A stretch of 64,000 nt of DNA from a virus, in the IMG/VR virus record IMGVR_UViG_3300030099_001508, positions 2,646 through 66,645 of that record. The stretch is one strand, 5' to 3'. Positions 20,620 through 30,725 of the stretch are shown in pieces. Both the position numbers and the translations under genes were made by a program. How positions within the stretch are numbered: position 1 is the stretch's first letter; each line of letters opens with the position of its first letter. The notes under the pieces are model-generated. The model was not told where the DNA came from. It made no database searches and worked only from the letters and a program-made list of their open reading frames with translations.

Positions 20620-20844
20620 ATGATACACGCATTTCTCTTGGTGTATCTATTAGGTGGTGATGTACAAGGCGGTCAGCCTATGTATTTTCGCAGTATTGAC
20701 ACTTGCAATTGGTATGCAAGTCGTATCGTAAAACGATATGGTAACTATAGTTATAGTTCATTAGTTCCCCCAGAACATAGAGCAACCGCTTATTGTAAAC
20801 CAGTGTACATAAATAGTAATACAAAAGGTCTTTATGACCATTAG
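20620..20844 (+). CDS. small hypothetical protein with hydrophobic N-terminus
   Basis: HAFLLV...C...CKP. Confidence 0.6.
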   Translation: MIHAFLLVYLLGGDVQGGQPMYFRSIDTCNWYASRIVKRYGNYSYSSLVPPEHRATAYCKPVYINSNTKGLYDH

Positions 20845-20852
20845 GAGATACA

Positions 20853-22262
20853 ATGGCAGGTTATCAAGTGGACTATGTAAGTCATGGAAATATTAAACCA
20901 GTTGCAAATCTAAATGCAAAGGTCAAACGACTTATTAAAAAAGTTAAAAAGGTTGAAGAAAAACCAGAGTATAACTTTTTTCCAAAAAATGCATACAAGC
21001 GTATTAAACTACCCCCACCTACATTTGACGTAAATAAAGAAATTGCAATGTTAAAAGATATTATTGCAAAACGTACTCCAGAGGATGAGACTTCAATACG
21101 TCTACATGACGAACACTCTTTTTATGCAATTGAACAATACTGTAAAGAACATGGTCTAGAATTCCATGATGGAGAGATGGAGGGTATAGTCCAACAATGT
21201 AGGCCTACTATAAAATATTTTAAAGAATTATTTGACTATCCAAGACCACATGAGATTGATAGGTCTATTCGTCCTATGTTCAGTACAACTAATAAAACAA
21301 GAAGTTATCCATCTGGTCATGCGTGTCAATCAATGTTGGTTGCGTTATATGTAACAGAAAAGTTCCCAGAACATAAAAAAGGAATCTATGAGGCTGCAAA
21401 AGAATGTGGTCTTGGTAGAGTTAAAGCAGGATTTCATTATCTTGCAGATTATGTTGCTGGTAATTTACTTGCAGAAAAACTATTCTTAATTATGAATAGA
21501 GAAAATTACGGTAAAAAAATTAATGAAGCACCCAGAATACCTAGAAAAAAAGGTCAACCAGCTGGGTCAGATAAACATTCAGATTTATATACAGACGAAA
21601 ATCCAAAGGGAACTATTCACGGTCTTGGTTTCAAAGATGTTGAAACTGCAAAGGCAAGTGTGAAGAAAATAGAATCTTCTGGTAAATCTCATGCACATAA
21701 GATACAGGCCGCAATCGCTATGGAACAGAGAGCGAGAGTGATGGGAAAGACGGCAGAGGCCGCAGTGTATCGTAAGTACATTGAAAAGATGAAGAAGATT
21801 ACTAAACAAAAGAATGAAGACTTTACACAAAAAGATGTAAACGATTTAGAAAAGTTTGCAGATAGAATACTTGCGAAGTATAGTATTGATGTAGAGTTTA
21901 CTAGACATTTCGTAGATAGGTTAAATGACCCACGAAATAGTCCAGCAATTAAAGTATCGGAACTACAGAGGTTTTTTAAAAAGATACAAAGAAATAAAGG
22001 TAGAAATATATTAAATAATCCAGACACAGAAGCAGTTCTCAAGGATATGTCAACAAATTTGAATTTACCAGTTGTTATTAAAACAAAAGGTGATGATAGT
22101 TTTGAAGTAACAAACAAAACGATTATGCGAAAGAAAGATTTTAGAACAACTAGTAAAGTGATTAGTTATGAGAAATGGAGTGACAAATACAAAAAGAGCA
22201 TTGACTGTAATAATCCAAAAGGATTTTCACAGAGAGCTCATTGTCAAGGGAGAAAAAAATGA
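20853..22262 (+). CDS. PAP2/acid phosphatase domain fused to three further modules
   Basis: KxxxxxPRP, SYPSGH, RVKAGFHY; then HSDLYTDENPKGT, FTRHFVDRLND and KWSDKYKKSIDC modules. Confidence 0.8.
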   Translation: MAGYQVDYVSHGNIKPVANLNAKVKRLIKKVKKVEEKPEYNFFPKNAYKRIKLPPPTFDVNKEIAMLKDIIAKRTPEDETSIRLHDEHSFYAIEQYCKEHGLEFHDGEMEGIVQQCRPTIKYFKELFDYPRPHEIDRSIRPMFSTTNKTRSYPSGHACQSMLVALYVTEKFPEHKKGIYEAAKECGLGRVKAGFHYLADYVAGNLLAEKLFLIMNRENYGKKINEAPRIPRKKGQPAGSDKHSDLYTDENPKGTIHGLGFKDVETAKASVKKIESSGKSHAHKIQAAIAMEQRARVMGKTAEAAVYRKYIEKMKKITKQKNEDFTQKDVNDLEKFADRILAKYSIDVEFTRHFVDRLNDPRNSPAIKVSELQRFFKKIQRNKGRNILNNPDTEAVLKDMSTNLNLPVVIKTKGDDSFEVTNKTIMRKKDFRTTSKVISYEKWSDKYKKSIDCNNPKGFSQRAHCQGRKK

Positions 22263-22420
22263 TTAATTGGATTAAAAATAGAATGAAAGAAAGAACGTCT
22301 TGGGATGGTGCAATATGCATTGGACTAGGACTTATGATTCTTTTCATGGCACCTCTTGCAAAGATTGCCGCTGGACTTGCAATTGCATGGGGTATTTGGA
22401 CAATTTGGAAATCTGAATAA
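22259..22420 (+). CDS. small two-TM protein, holin candidate (not in ORF track)
   Basis: Hand translation MINWIKNRMKERTSWDGAICIGLGLMILFMAPLAKIAAGLAIAWGIWTIWKSE; upstream of spanins. Confidence 0.55.
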   Translation: MINWIKNRMKERTSWDGAICIGLGLMILFMAPLAKIAAGLAIAWGIWTIWKSE

Positions 22421-22674
22421 TGAAAATCTTGCGTATCATATTCTGGCCTTTAATTATGTTAAAAAATATTCTTGACCCTAATTGGTGGGCAGGACATATT
22501 GGTGAGAAGTCTGGTGCATATGATAAAGCAAGAAATTCTAAAATTAGGAGATGGGCAGATGGTCTAACTGGTTGGAAATACTGGGCATGGCAACTTGGAG
22601 GTGGTATACTTGCAGTGATTGTCATAGAACTAGTATTAAATCAATTTAGTATGACCATGTTGCCTTGGAGATAA
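22420..22674 (+). CDS. small membrane protein
   Basis: Trp-rich, C-terminal TM. Confidence 0.6.
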   Translation: MKILRIIFWPLIMLKNILDPNWWAGHIGEKSGAYDKARNSKIRRWADGLTGWKYWAWQLGGGILAVIVIELVLNQFSMTMLPWR

Positions 22675-22675
22675 A

Positions 22676-23065
22676 ATGATACGATTATATGCAATGATAT
22701 TCGTGATTGCGTTACTTGGCGGTGCAGCTTATGCCGCCAAGTACTATTACGACACAACGCAAGCAACTATTGCACAATTGCGTGAAAACAATGCAAAGTT
22801 GGAAGTTGCAAACGAAGAGAACCAACAGACTATCAAAAAAATGGGTGAGGATGCAATTCGTTTAAATGCACTGACTGACCAACTAAATGCAGATTTAAGA
22901 AAAGCAGAAGAGTATGGAGATGAACTCCGAAATACTCTAAATAAACACGATTTAACCCACCTTGCAAATAAAAAGCCTGGGTTGATTGAGAAGAGGATGC
23001 AAAATGCGACAGATAAACTTTGGGATGACCTTGAGTCTGTTACTGGTGACAACACTACTGATTAG
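22676..23065 (+). CDS. i-spanin (Rz-like)
   Basis: N-terminal TM plus long coiled coil; overlaps lipoprotein gene. Confidence 0.75.
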   Translation: MIRLYAMIFVIALLGGAAYAAKYYYDTTQATIAQLRENNAKLEVANEENQQTIKKMGEDAIRLNALTDQLNADLRKAEEYGDELRNTLNKHDLTHLANKKPGLIEKRMQNATDKLWDDLESVTGDNTTD

Positions 23066-23408
23066 TGGTTGTTCTAGTTTCTATAAACCAGAAAAAGAAA
23101 TTGTTACGGTAACAAAACTTGTAGAGAGACAGATACCAACTGTTCCTCACCCAAAAGCAGTACAGATGAATGAAATAAAGATTTATGTTGTATCACCAGA
23201 GGAAAACTTTGAGGACTTTAAAAAAGAATTTGAAGCAAAAAATGGTGCAGATTCGTATGTTGCAATATCTATAAAAGATTATGAGAATCTTGGAAAAAAC
23301 TTTGCAGAACTGAGAAGATATATTGAACAACAGAAACAAATCATCTTGTACTACGAGGAGGCTGTGAAGCCTTCAGAAAGGAAAAAAGATGACGGAGATA
23401 AAGAATAA
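23004..23408 (+). CDS. o-spanin (Rz1-like lipoprotein)
   Basis: Lipobox LISGC, Pro-rich segment, overlap with i-spanin; start uncertain. Confidence 0.75.
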   Translation: MRQINFGMTLSLLLVTTLLISGCSSFYKPEKEIVTVTKLVERQIPTVPHPKAVQMNEIKIYVVSPEENFEDFKKEFEAKNGADSYVAISIKDYENLGKNFAELRRYIEQQKQIILYYEEAVKPSERKKDDGDKE

Positions 23409-24132
23409 ACCATATTTAATGGCTGTTCTATCTGGAGTTGCATATAAAGAACCAGAGGATGCAAATAAAACTTTTCAAAAACATGGTTTTGATTATTATA
23501 AATTTATTGACAAAGATGGAGCACAGTGTTATGTTATATGGAATAATACTGATGCAGTTGTTTGTTTTAGAGGAACAGAACCTAAAGAAGTATCAGATAT
23601 CAAAGCAGACTTAAATGCAATCCAAAAACAAGGATTCCATAATAAAGGTGACGTTCATGCTGGTTTTCAAGGTGAAATCAACAAAGTCTGGGATGATTTA
23701 ATATCAACAATTTTAGATATTCAAGATAGAAATATTTACATCACTGGACACTCTCTTGGTGGTGCAATGGCCACTATATGTGCAAAAAGATTTCAAGAAC
23801 AGAAAATAGAACCACAATCTTTATACACCTATGGTTCACCAAGAGTGGGTGACAAAAGGTGGGTAAAAACACTACAAGTGCCACATTATCGTTTTCAGAA
23901 CAACAATGATGTTGTATGTAAAGTTCCTTTGTGGTTGATGGGATATAGACATCATGGAATGAATATATACATTGGTTACAATGGTATGATTGTAAAAATG
24001 AATATGTGGAGAAGGTTCTTAGATAGTATGCGTGGTAGATTAAAAGCATGGTCTAAATTACAATTATTTGATGGAGTTTATGACCATGATATTACTACAT
24101 ATGCTAAAAGAGTAAAAGGATATGACGTATGA
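23389..24132 (+). CDS. class 3 lipase (alpha/beta hydrolase)
   Basis: FRGT, VHAGF, TGHSLGG, YTYGSPRVG, DVVCKVP, DH. Confidence 0.92.
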   Translation: MTEIKNKPYLMAVLSGVAYKEPEDANKTFQKHGFDYYKFIDKDGAQCYVIWNNTDAVVCFRGTEPKEVSDIKADLNAIQKQGFHNKGDVHAGFQGEINKVWDDLISTILDIQDRNIYITGHSLGGAMATICAKRFQEQKIEPQSLYTYGSPRVGDKRWVKTLQVPHYRFQNNNDVVCKVPLWLMGYRHHGMNIYIGYNGMIVKMNMWRRFLDSMRGRLKAWSKLQLFDGVYDHDITTYAKRVKGYDV

Positions 24133-24416
24133 TATTAGAGATGATTGAAAGAATGGCTTCTGATAGGTTATGGATTTATACTGGTATCGCTGGTTCATTA
24201 TTAGGTGCGGCTTTTCTTGCATACTTTCAAGGAACAAGAGCAGGACTTTGGTGTTATGCAAAGTTTGATATGATTTTAGATTACCTCGTTGAACGGTGGG
24301 GGTGGACTTGGTTTAAACAACCAGAGGATGCATGGAGAAAAAAATATCCATATGTAACAAAGAAAATTGACGAGTTGGAACGAAGATTGCAAGAAGTAGA
24401 AAAGTTGACAAAATAG
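24129..24416 (+). CDS. small membrane protein
   Basis: Single TM segment. Confidence 0.6.
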   Translation: MILEMIERMASDRLWIYTGIAGSLLGAAFLAYFQGTRAGLWCYAKFDMILDYLVERWGWTWFKQPEDAWRKKYPYVTKKIDELERRLQEVEKLTK

Positions 24417-24482
24417 TTAGTCAAATTATTACTTTAGTCAAAACTTTGACAATACATAAATAATAATAGAGGAGGTGATTTT

Positions 24483-24917
24483 GTGGCTGCAAAATTATCA
24501 GATGAAACACAAGTGGCGATGCCACTAAGAAATATATTATCAATAGTTGCTGGAGTTGCAATTGCAACTTGGGCATACTTTGGTATTATTGAGCGAATAA
24601 ACAATTTAGAAACTGAACAAACATTAATGATGGCAGATTTGGAAAAGAATACAGAGTTCCGAATCAAATGGCCGAGAGGAGAGATGGGCTCTCTTCCAGC
24701 TGATAGTGAGCAGTTCATGTTAATTGAACATCTCGCTGGAGAACTAGAAAAACTGTCCAAAGATATTGAAGAGGGAAAAGCACCTTATGACCAACAACAA
24801 GCATTAACATTACAATTTTTTGAAACAAGAATTTTAAAGTTAGAAGGTGCAATAGATGACCTAAAAGATAGAATAGTTAGTAATCATTACGAGGCAGTGG
24901 GAAACGGAAAGCATTAG
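24483..24917 (+). CDS. membrane-anchored coiled-coil hypothetical protein
   Basis: GTG start with GGAGGTG RBS; TM then FRIKWPRGEMGSLPADSEQ. Confidence 0.7.
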   Translation: MAAKLSDETQVAMPLRNILSIVAGVAIATWAYFGIIERINNLETEQTLMMADLEKNTEFRIKWPRGEMGSLPADSEQFMLIEHLAGELEKLSKDIEEGKAPYDQQQALTLQFFETRILKLEGAIDDLKDRIVSNHYEAVGNGKH

Positions 24918-24922
24918 AAAAA

Positions 24923-25171
24923 ATGAAAATAATAGAGTTTGTTTTACTATTGTACATAGGGAATGGTGAACTTATTGAATACACAGTTCGTGATGGATTA
25001 AGTGATTGTTTATCAACAAAGAGAACAATCGAAAGAAATATGCAAATAGACCCAGATGAAAAATATGAAAGTGGAGCAAGATGGTCTTGTCAAAAACTTC
25101 ATGTGGAAATAGATGAGGGTGGTAACATCCTTGGGTTTGTAGATGGCTTACCAGCTGTCGGAGGAAAATAA
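24923..25171 (+). CDS. hypothetical protein
   Basis: ORF track, in operon. Confidence 0.6.
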   Translation: MKIIEFVLLLYIGNGELIEYTVRDGLSDCLSTKRTIERNMQIDPDEKYESGARWSCQKLHVEIDEGGNILGFVDGLPAVGGK

Positions 25172-25582
25172 GTGTCAGTGGAAACAGAAATTGCACTATT
25201 GAAAAGAGAAGTGGATGACATGAAGGGTATTCATGTTCGTCTTGATTCTGCTATTGAAAAGATAGCAGAAGTCTCTTCTTCACTGCATACTGTTATTGCT
25301 GTTCATGAAGAAAAACTTGCAAGACAAGAAGAGACATTGGAAGAGAGTGAAAAACAACTTAGAGTAAATGTACAAGAGTTGCACTCTCGTATTACTACCA
25401 ATGCAAAAGAAACATCTCAACATATGTCAGAGATGGAACGTAGATTATTAGAAGAACTTCAAACAATACGAAAAGAAATGTCAAATCGTGTGGGTATGTT
25501 AGAAAAGTGGAAATGGGTTATTGTTGGGGGTTCAATTGTCGCAGGCTTCATCATACAAAAAGTGATTACAATCAATATTTGA
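25172..25582 (+). CDS. coiled-coil protein with C-terminal TM, conserved upstream of primase
   Basis: AVHEEKL...LEKWKWVIVGG. Confidence 0.7.
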   Translation: MSVETEIALLKREVDDMKGIHVRLDSAIEKIAEVSSSLHTVIAVHEEKLARQEETLEESEKQLRVNVQELHSRITTNAKETSQHMSEMERRLLEELQTIRKEMSNRVGMLEKWKWVIVGGSIVAGFIIQKVITINI

Positions 25583-25583
25583 C

Positions 25584-25612
25584 TTGACTTTCTGTTAAGT
25601 TTCATGTAATAT
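25584..25612 (+). promoter_or_regulatory. sigma70-type promoter, likely giving a leaderless primase mRNA
   Basis: TTGACT-N17-TAATAT; ATG 7 nt after the -10, no SD. Confidence 0.6.
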
Positions 25613-25619
25613 CTACAAC

Positions 25620-26636
25620 ATGAGTACATATGTAGATATTAAATATCTCAATTTAATGTCACACCGATTACCCAAGTTCACCAAAAAAGGTGATTACTTG
25701 TGGAATTTTCGTTGTCCATTTTGTGGAGATAGTAAAAAGTCAAAATCAAAAGCCAGAGGTTATGTTTATAGAACAAAAAATGATTTATTCTATAAGTGTC
25801 ACAACTGTTCAAAGGGAACAAATCTTGCGAACTTAGTTCTAGAGGTTGACGAATCCCTATATAAAGAATACCTTGTTGAAAGATACAAGGAAGGTTCTAC
25901 AGCTAATGGAAGAGGTGGAAATGTCGAAAATCCAAAGTTCAATATACCCAAACCAGTCTTCATCCAGAAAGACGTTTTATCAGAACACAAGTCATTCAGA
26001 GAACTTGGACAAGACCACCCAGCTGTGCAATCTATTAGAAAACGTCTTATACCACAAAATAGATATAACGATATTTATTTGGTCAATAAGTTTTTTACTT
26101 GGACTAATGAGTTAATACCTAATAAGTTCAAGGATTTGACGAATGACCATCCACGGATGGTGATTCCCTTTCGTGATGCAGATAATAAAGTGTTTGCGTA
26201 TCAAGGAAGAGCTTTTGGGAAAGAAAAACCAAAGTACATTACGATTGTACTTGACCAAGAAAGTGAAAAAATCTTTGGTCTTGATAGGGTTGACAATAAT
26301 AGGAACATTATTATCGTGGAAGGCCCTATTGATAGTCTTTTTCTTCCAAACTGTATTGCAGTGGCTCAAGGGGATTTACGTTTACCTCAGTACAAAGGTA
26401 AAAGCACGTTAGTATTTGACAATGAACCTAGAAATAGGGAAATTGTAAAGAACATAGAAAAAGCGGTTGCAGAAGATTATAGTGTCGTAATCTGGCCGAA
26501 ATATGTAAAAGAGAAGGATATAAATGATATGATAGTTGGTGGAAAAACAAATCTAGAAATCTTGAATATTATACATAAAAACACCTTTTCTGGTTTAGAA
26601 GCAAAGACACAATTATCACATTGGAAAAAAGTTTAG
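25620..26636 (+). CDS. gp61: DNA primase
   Basis: RCPFCGDS...KCHNC zinc finger, VEGPIDSLF and FDNEPRN TOPRIM, KDIND. Confidence 0.96.
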   Translation: MSTYVDIKYLNLMSHRLPKFTKKGDYLWNFRCPFCGDSKKSKSKARGYVYRTKNDLFYKCHNCSKGTNLANLVLEVDESLYKEYLVERYKEGSTANGRGGNVENPKFNIPKPVFIQKDVLSEHKSFRELGQDHPAVQSIRKRLIPQNRYNDIYLVNKFFTWTNELIPNKFKDLTNDHPRMVIPFRDADNKVFAYQGRAFGKEKPKYITIVLDQESEKIFGLDRVDNNRNIIIVEGPIDSLFLPNCIAVAQGDLRLPQYKGKSTLVFDNEPRNREIVKNIEKAVAEDYSVVIWPKYVKEKDINDMIVGGKTNLEILNIIHKNTFSGLEAKTQLSHWKKV

Positions 26637-26647
26637 GAGAGAAATGG

Positions 26648-28570
26648 ATGTCTATATCAAATCAACTACCAACTCAATATCAACAATTCATACATTTATC
26701 AAGATACTCTAGATGGTTAGAAGAAGAAGGCCGTAGAGAAACTTGGAGTGAAACTGTAGGAAGATATTTTAATTTTTTTGAGTCACACTTAGAAGAAATG
26801 TGTGGATATAAATTAGAGCAAAAAGTAAAAGATGAATTAGAAGAAGCAATTATTGCAACTAGAGTAATGCCTTCCATGAGGTGTTTAATGACTGCTGGTG
26901 AGGCTTTAAAAAGAGAAAATATTGCTGGTTATAATTGTTCTTATGTTGCAGTAAATAGAGTTGCAGCTTTTGATGAAATACTCTATGTATTGATGAACGG
27001 AACTGGTGTTGGTTTTTCTGTAGAAAGACAATATACAGCTGCACTTCCAGTTGTTGCAGAAGAGTTTTATATGTCTGACACTGTTATTACAGTTGCAGAT
27101 AGTAAACTAGGTTGGGCAAAAGGTTTTAAAGAACTATTAGGTATGTTATATATTGGTCAAATTCCAAAATGGGATTTATCAAAAGTACGTCCTGCTGGTG
27201 CTCCACTCAAAACATTTGGTGGTCGTGCATCTGGCCCAGAACCACTAGAAAGTTTGTTTGAGTTTTGTGTTACTACTTTTAAAAATGCACAAGGTAGAAA
27301 ACTATCATCACTAGAGTGTCATGATATTGTTTGTAAAATTGCAGAAATTGTTGTTGTTGGTGGTGTTCGTAGAAGTGCATTAATTAGTCTTTCTAATTTA
27401 TCTGATGACCGTATGCGTCATGCAAAAGCTGGACAATGGTGGGAACAGAATGGTCAAAGAGCACTTGCAAACAACTCTGCGTGTTATTCTGAAAAACCAG
27501 ATATTGGTATCTTCATGGATGAGTGGAAATCTCTTTATGATTCTAAGTCTGGTGAAAGAGGTATTTTTAATCGTGAGTCTGCAAATAAAATGGCTTCAAA
27601 GAATGGTCGTAGAGTTGTAGATGGATATGAGTTTGGAACTAATCCTTGTTCTGAAATCATCTTACGAGATAGAGAGTTTTGTAATCTTTCAGAAGCAGTA
27701 ATTCGTGTTACTGATACAGAAGAGTCTCTCATGAAGAAAGTAGAACTTGCAACTATTCTTGGTACATTTCAATCTACATTGACAAACTTTAAATATGTAT
27801 CTGCAATGTGGAAAAAGAACTGTAGTGAAGAAAGACTTCTTGGTGTATCACTTACTGGTATTATGGATAGTCCTCTCACAAATGGTAAAAGAGATGGTGT
27901 GGAAAAATTACTAGAAAAGTTAAAAGACCATGCAGTTGCAACTAATAAGAAGTGGGCAAAGAAACTTGGTATTAATCGTGCAACTGCAATTACTTGTGTT
28001 AAACCGTCTGGTACTGTATCACAACTTGTAGATGCAGCTTCTGGTATTCATGCAAGACATAACCCATATTATATTAGAACTGTTCGTGGTGACAAAAAAG
28101 ACCCACTTACAAAGATGATGGTAGACGCTGGGTTTCCAGTAGAAGATGATGTAATGAATCCAAATCATACTTCTGTATTTTCATTTCCAATCAAAGTTGA
28201 TGAAAACTCTGTTTTCAGAACAGATATGACTGCGATTGAACAACTTGAATTATGGTTGATATATCAAAAACATTGGTGTGAACATAAACCATCTGTGACT
28301 ATCTCTGTAAAAGAACATGAGTGGTTAGAAGTCGGTGCATGGGTTTACAAACATTTTGATTATATGTCTGGTGTAAGTTTCTTACCATTTAGTGACCATA
28401 CATATAAACAAGCACCCTATCAAGATTGTGATGAACAAATGTATAAAGATATACTAAATAAAATGCCTAAGATAGTTGATTGGTCAATGTTAGGTGAATA
28501 TGAGAAAACTGATATGACTGTTGGTTCTCAAGAACTTGCGTGTGCGGCTGGGTTTTGTGAGATACAATGA
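26648..28570 (+). CDS. nrdJ: class II (B12-dependent) ribonucleotide reductase
   Basis: MPSMR, YNCSY, TNPCSEI, VKPSGT, C-terminal ACAAGFCE; no nrdB nearby. Confidence 0.92.
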   Translation: MSISNQLPTQYQQFIHLSRYSRWLEEEGRRETWSETVGRYFNFFESHLEEMCGYKLEQKVKDELEEAIIATRVMPSMRCLMTAGEALKRENIAGYNCSYVAVNRVAAFDEILYVLMNGTGVGFSVERQYTAALPVVAEEFYMSDTVITVADSKLGWAKGFKELLGMLYIGQIPKWDLSKVRPAGAPLKTFGGRASGPEPLESLFEFCVTTFKNAQGRKLSSLECHDIVCKIAEIVVVGGVRRSALISLSNLSDDRMRHAKAGQWWEQNGQRALANNSACYSEKPDIGIFMDEWKSLYDSKSGERGIFNRESANKMASKNGRRVVDGYEFGTNPCSEIILRDREFCNLSEAVIRVTDTEESLMKKVELATILGTFQSTLTNFKYVSAMWKKNCSEERLLGVSLTGIMDSPLTNGKRDGVEKLLEKLKDHAVATNKKWAKKLGINRATAITCVKPSGTVSQLVDAASGIHARHNPYYIRTVRGDKKDPLTKMMVDAGFPVEDDVMNPNHTSVFSFPIKVDENSVFRTDMTAIEQLELWLIYQKHWCEHKPSVTISVKEHEWLEVGAWVYKHFDYMSGVSFLPFSDHTYKQAPYQDCDEQMYKDILNKMPKIVDWSMLGEYEKTDMTVGSQELACAAGFCEIQ

Positions 28571-28737
28571 CAAAAAAAGTTTTGTACTGTGACGATTGTG
28601 ACGTAGAGTTCAAAGTTCAATTTGGTATGTCAACATCTCATTACCATGTTAGACATTGCGTCTTTTGTGGTGGTGAGATAAATATTGATGATGAAGACGA
28701 TATAGACGATAACTATGAGGAGTACGACTATGACTAA
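28567..28737 (+). CDS. small Zn-ribbon protein with acidic tail (not in ORF track)
   Basis: Hand translation: CDDC...CVFC then D/E-rich tail. Confidence 0.7.
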   Translation: MTKKVLYCDDCDVEFKVQFGMSTSHYHVRHCVFCGGEINIDDEDDIDDNYEEYDYD

Positions 28738-28846
28738 ATGTGTTAGATGTGGTCATGAGTGCCATTGTGGTACTGATTGTGAAGAGTGTGTAAATGATGT
28801 TTGTCATGATTGTAATTGTTATGAAGTAAGTGAAGATGGCTGTTAG
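28730..28846 (+). CDS. 38-aa Cys/His-rich metallothionein-like peptide (not in ORF track)
   Basis: MTKCVRCGHECHCGTDCEECVNDVCHDCNCYEVSEDGC; GAGGAG RBS. Confidence 0.65.
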   Translation: MTKCVRCGHECHCGTDCEECVNDVCHDCNCYEVSEDGC

Positions 28847-29033
28847 TGGTTGTAAAAATTGTGGTCATGAAGCACATTGTGATACTAAACTTTATAAAGA
28901 TTTTGAAGAAAGTAAACAAGTATTAGTGTGTCATCATTGTCGTTGTAATGTGTGTGAAAAGGATTATGCAAGATGGTGTGATACTCATGATGAGTATAAT
29001 ATGTATACGGATGAAGCAATATTAACAAGATGA
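28836..29033 (+). CDS. Cys/His-rich small protein
   Basis: CKNCGHEAHC...CHHCRCNVC. Confidence 0.65.
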   Translation: MAVSGCKNCGHEAHCDTKLYKDFEESKQVLVCHHCRCNVCEKDYARWCDTHDEYNMYTDEAILTR

Positions 29034-29368
29034 AGACACAAAGTGCAAAAGCAAAAGGTCGAAGATTACAACAATGGTTTCGTGACCAACTAATAGAAAA
29101 ATTACAAGTACACCCAGAGGATGTTGAATCAAGGTCTATGGGTGCTGGTGGTGAAGACTTGATTATGGCAAGGGCTGCAAGAGAAAAGTTCCCTTATTCT
29201 GTTGAGTGTAAAAATCAAGAAAAATTAAACATATGGGAATCCTATTCTCAGGCAGTCGAAAATAGCAAAGACTATGAACCAGTGGTGGTGATTAAAAGAA
29301 ATAATCATAAACCACTAGTTGTAGTTGATGCAGAATATTTTGTAGGACTGCATAAAGATGAGGTTTGA
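29030..29368 (+). CDS. PD-(D/E)xK endonuclease (Holliday-junction-resolvase-like)
   Basis: KAKGRRLQ, GEDL, SVECKNQE. Confidence 0.8.
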   Translation: MKTQSAKAKGRRLQQWFRDQLIEKLQVHPEDVESRSMGAGGEDLIMARAAREKFPYSVECKNQEKLNIWESYSQAVENSKDYEPVVVIKRNNHKPLVVVDAEYFVGLHKDEV

Positions 29369-29699
29369 TTGTAAAAACTGTTCAATTGAATTAGATAATT
29401 CAAAAGGTAAAGTTTACAGAGATGGTAAACTTATGTTTAAAGGTGATGGATATATTGCGATTAAATTTATGTTACAATGGACAAATAATGCAAAAGAAGT
29501 ACAAGAAAGATTTAAATATCAACTATCACAAAGAGAGCAATGTAAGTGGACTAAGCGTGATGAAGAACGAAAATATGAAAAAAGAATGAAAGAAGAAGCC
29601 GAAAGAGCGAAAGAATCTTTTGAACCAAAACCAAAGACAAAACCAAAAAAATCTACAAGAACTAATAAAGTAGACTCACTGTTCAAAATGACGAGGTAA
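29358..29699 (+). CDS. hypothetical protein
   Basis: ORF track. Confidence 0.6.
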   Translation: MRFDCKNCSIELDNSKGKVYRDGKLMFKGDGYIAIKFMLQWTNNAKEVQERFKYQLSQREQCKWTKRDEERKYEKRMKEEAERAKESFEPKPKTKPKKSTRTNKVDSLFKMTR

Positions 29700-29701
29700 T
29701 A

Positions 29702-30694
29702 ATGTTAATTGAAGATGATATTAAACTTGACTACTCAGATGTACTAATTAGACCCAAAAGGTCAACAATGAATTCTAGAAGTGATGTTTCTATGAAACGC
29801 ACTCATACTTTCCTACACTCTAAAAAATCTTGGACTGGTATTCCTATAATGTCAGCAAATATGGATACTGTAGGAACACCAGCTATGCACAGTATTTTAT
29901 CTAAGTTTGATATGATTACTTGTCCAGCTAAACATTATCTCAAAAACAATATTATAACTTTCAACAGTGGAAATAAAAATATATGCTGGTTCGGAGGTAT
30001 CAATGATACTGATTTGTTATCAAAACAAACCTCTGATTTTATTGGACTAGACGTTGCAAATGGATATACTATTCGTTTTGTTGACGCAGTAAAAGAACTA
30101 AGAGAAAAGTGTCCAGATGCAACAATTGTTGCTGGTAATGTAGTAACTGCTGATATGACCCAAGAACTAATTCTTGCTGGTGCAGATATTGTAAAGGTTG
30201 GTATTGGCCCTGGCTCTGTTTGTACAACAAGAATAAAAACTGGTATTGGATATCCACAACTTAGTGCAGTTATAGAATGTGCAGATGCAGCTCATGGTTT
30301 GGGTGGACATATCATTGCAGATGGTGGTTGTACTACTTCTGGAGATATTGTAAAAGCATTTGCTGGTGGTGCAGACTTTGTAATGATTGGTGGGATGTTA
30401 GCAGGACATGATGAATGTGATGGACAAGTTGAAAATGGTGTCATGAAGTTTTACGGTATGGCATCTGAATCTGCAATGGATAGACACGGTAATCATAATG
30501 AGTATCGTGGTGTAGAAGGAAAAACTGTAGAAGTTCCTTATCGTGGTAAAGTAGAAGATACAGTAAAAGATATATTAAGTGGAGTTCGTTCTGCTTGCAC
30601 ATATGTTGGTGCGAGAAGACTAAAAGCACTTTCTAAATGTACAACATTTGTTCGTGTGAACAATACACATAACACTGTTTACGGAAACGCATGA
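29702..30694 (+). CDS. guaC: GMP reductase
   Basis: [47 protein letters not shown]. Confidence 0.93.
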   Translation: MLIEDDIKLDYSDVLIRPKRSTMNSRSDVSMKRTHTFLHSKKSWTGIPIMSANMDTVGTPAMHSILSKFDMITCPAKHYLKNNIITFNSGNKNICWFGGINDTDLLSKQTSDFIGLDVANGYTIRFVDAVKELREKCPDATIVAGNVVTADMTQELILAGADIVKVGIGPGSVCTTRIKTGIGYPQLSAVIECADAAHGLGGHIIADGGCTTSGDIVKAFAGGADFVMIGGMLAGHDECDGQVENGVMKFYGMASESAMDRHGNHNEYRGVEGKTVEVPYRGKVEDTVKDILSGVRSACTYVGARRLKALSKCTTFVRVNNTHNTVYGNA

Positions 30695-30725
30695 CAGTAT
30701 TGCGTTTTTAAAATGGGTTATTAAT

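Noticed and set aside
26648-28570. Intron or intein in nrdJ, gp43, gp41 or uvsX
   Set aside because: All read continuously at normal length with no insertion
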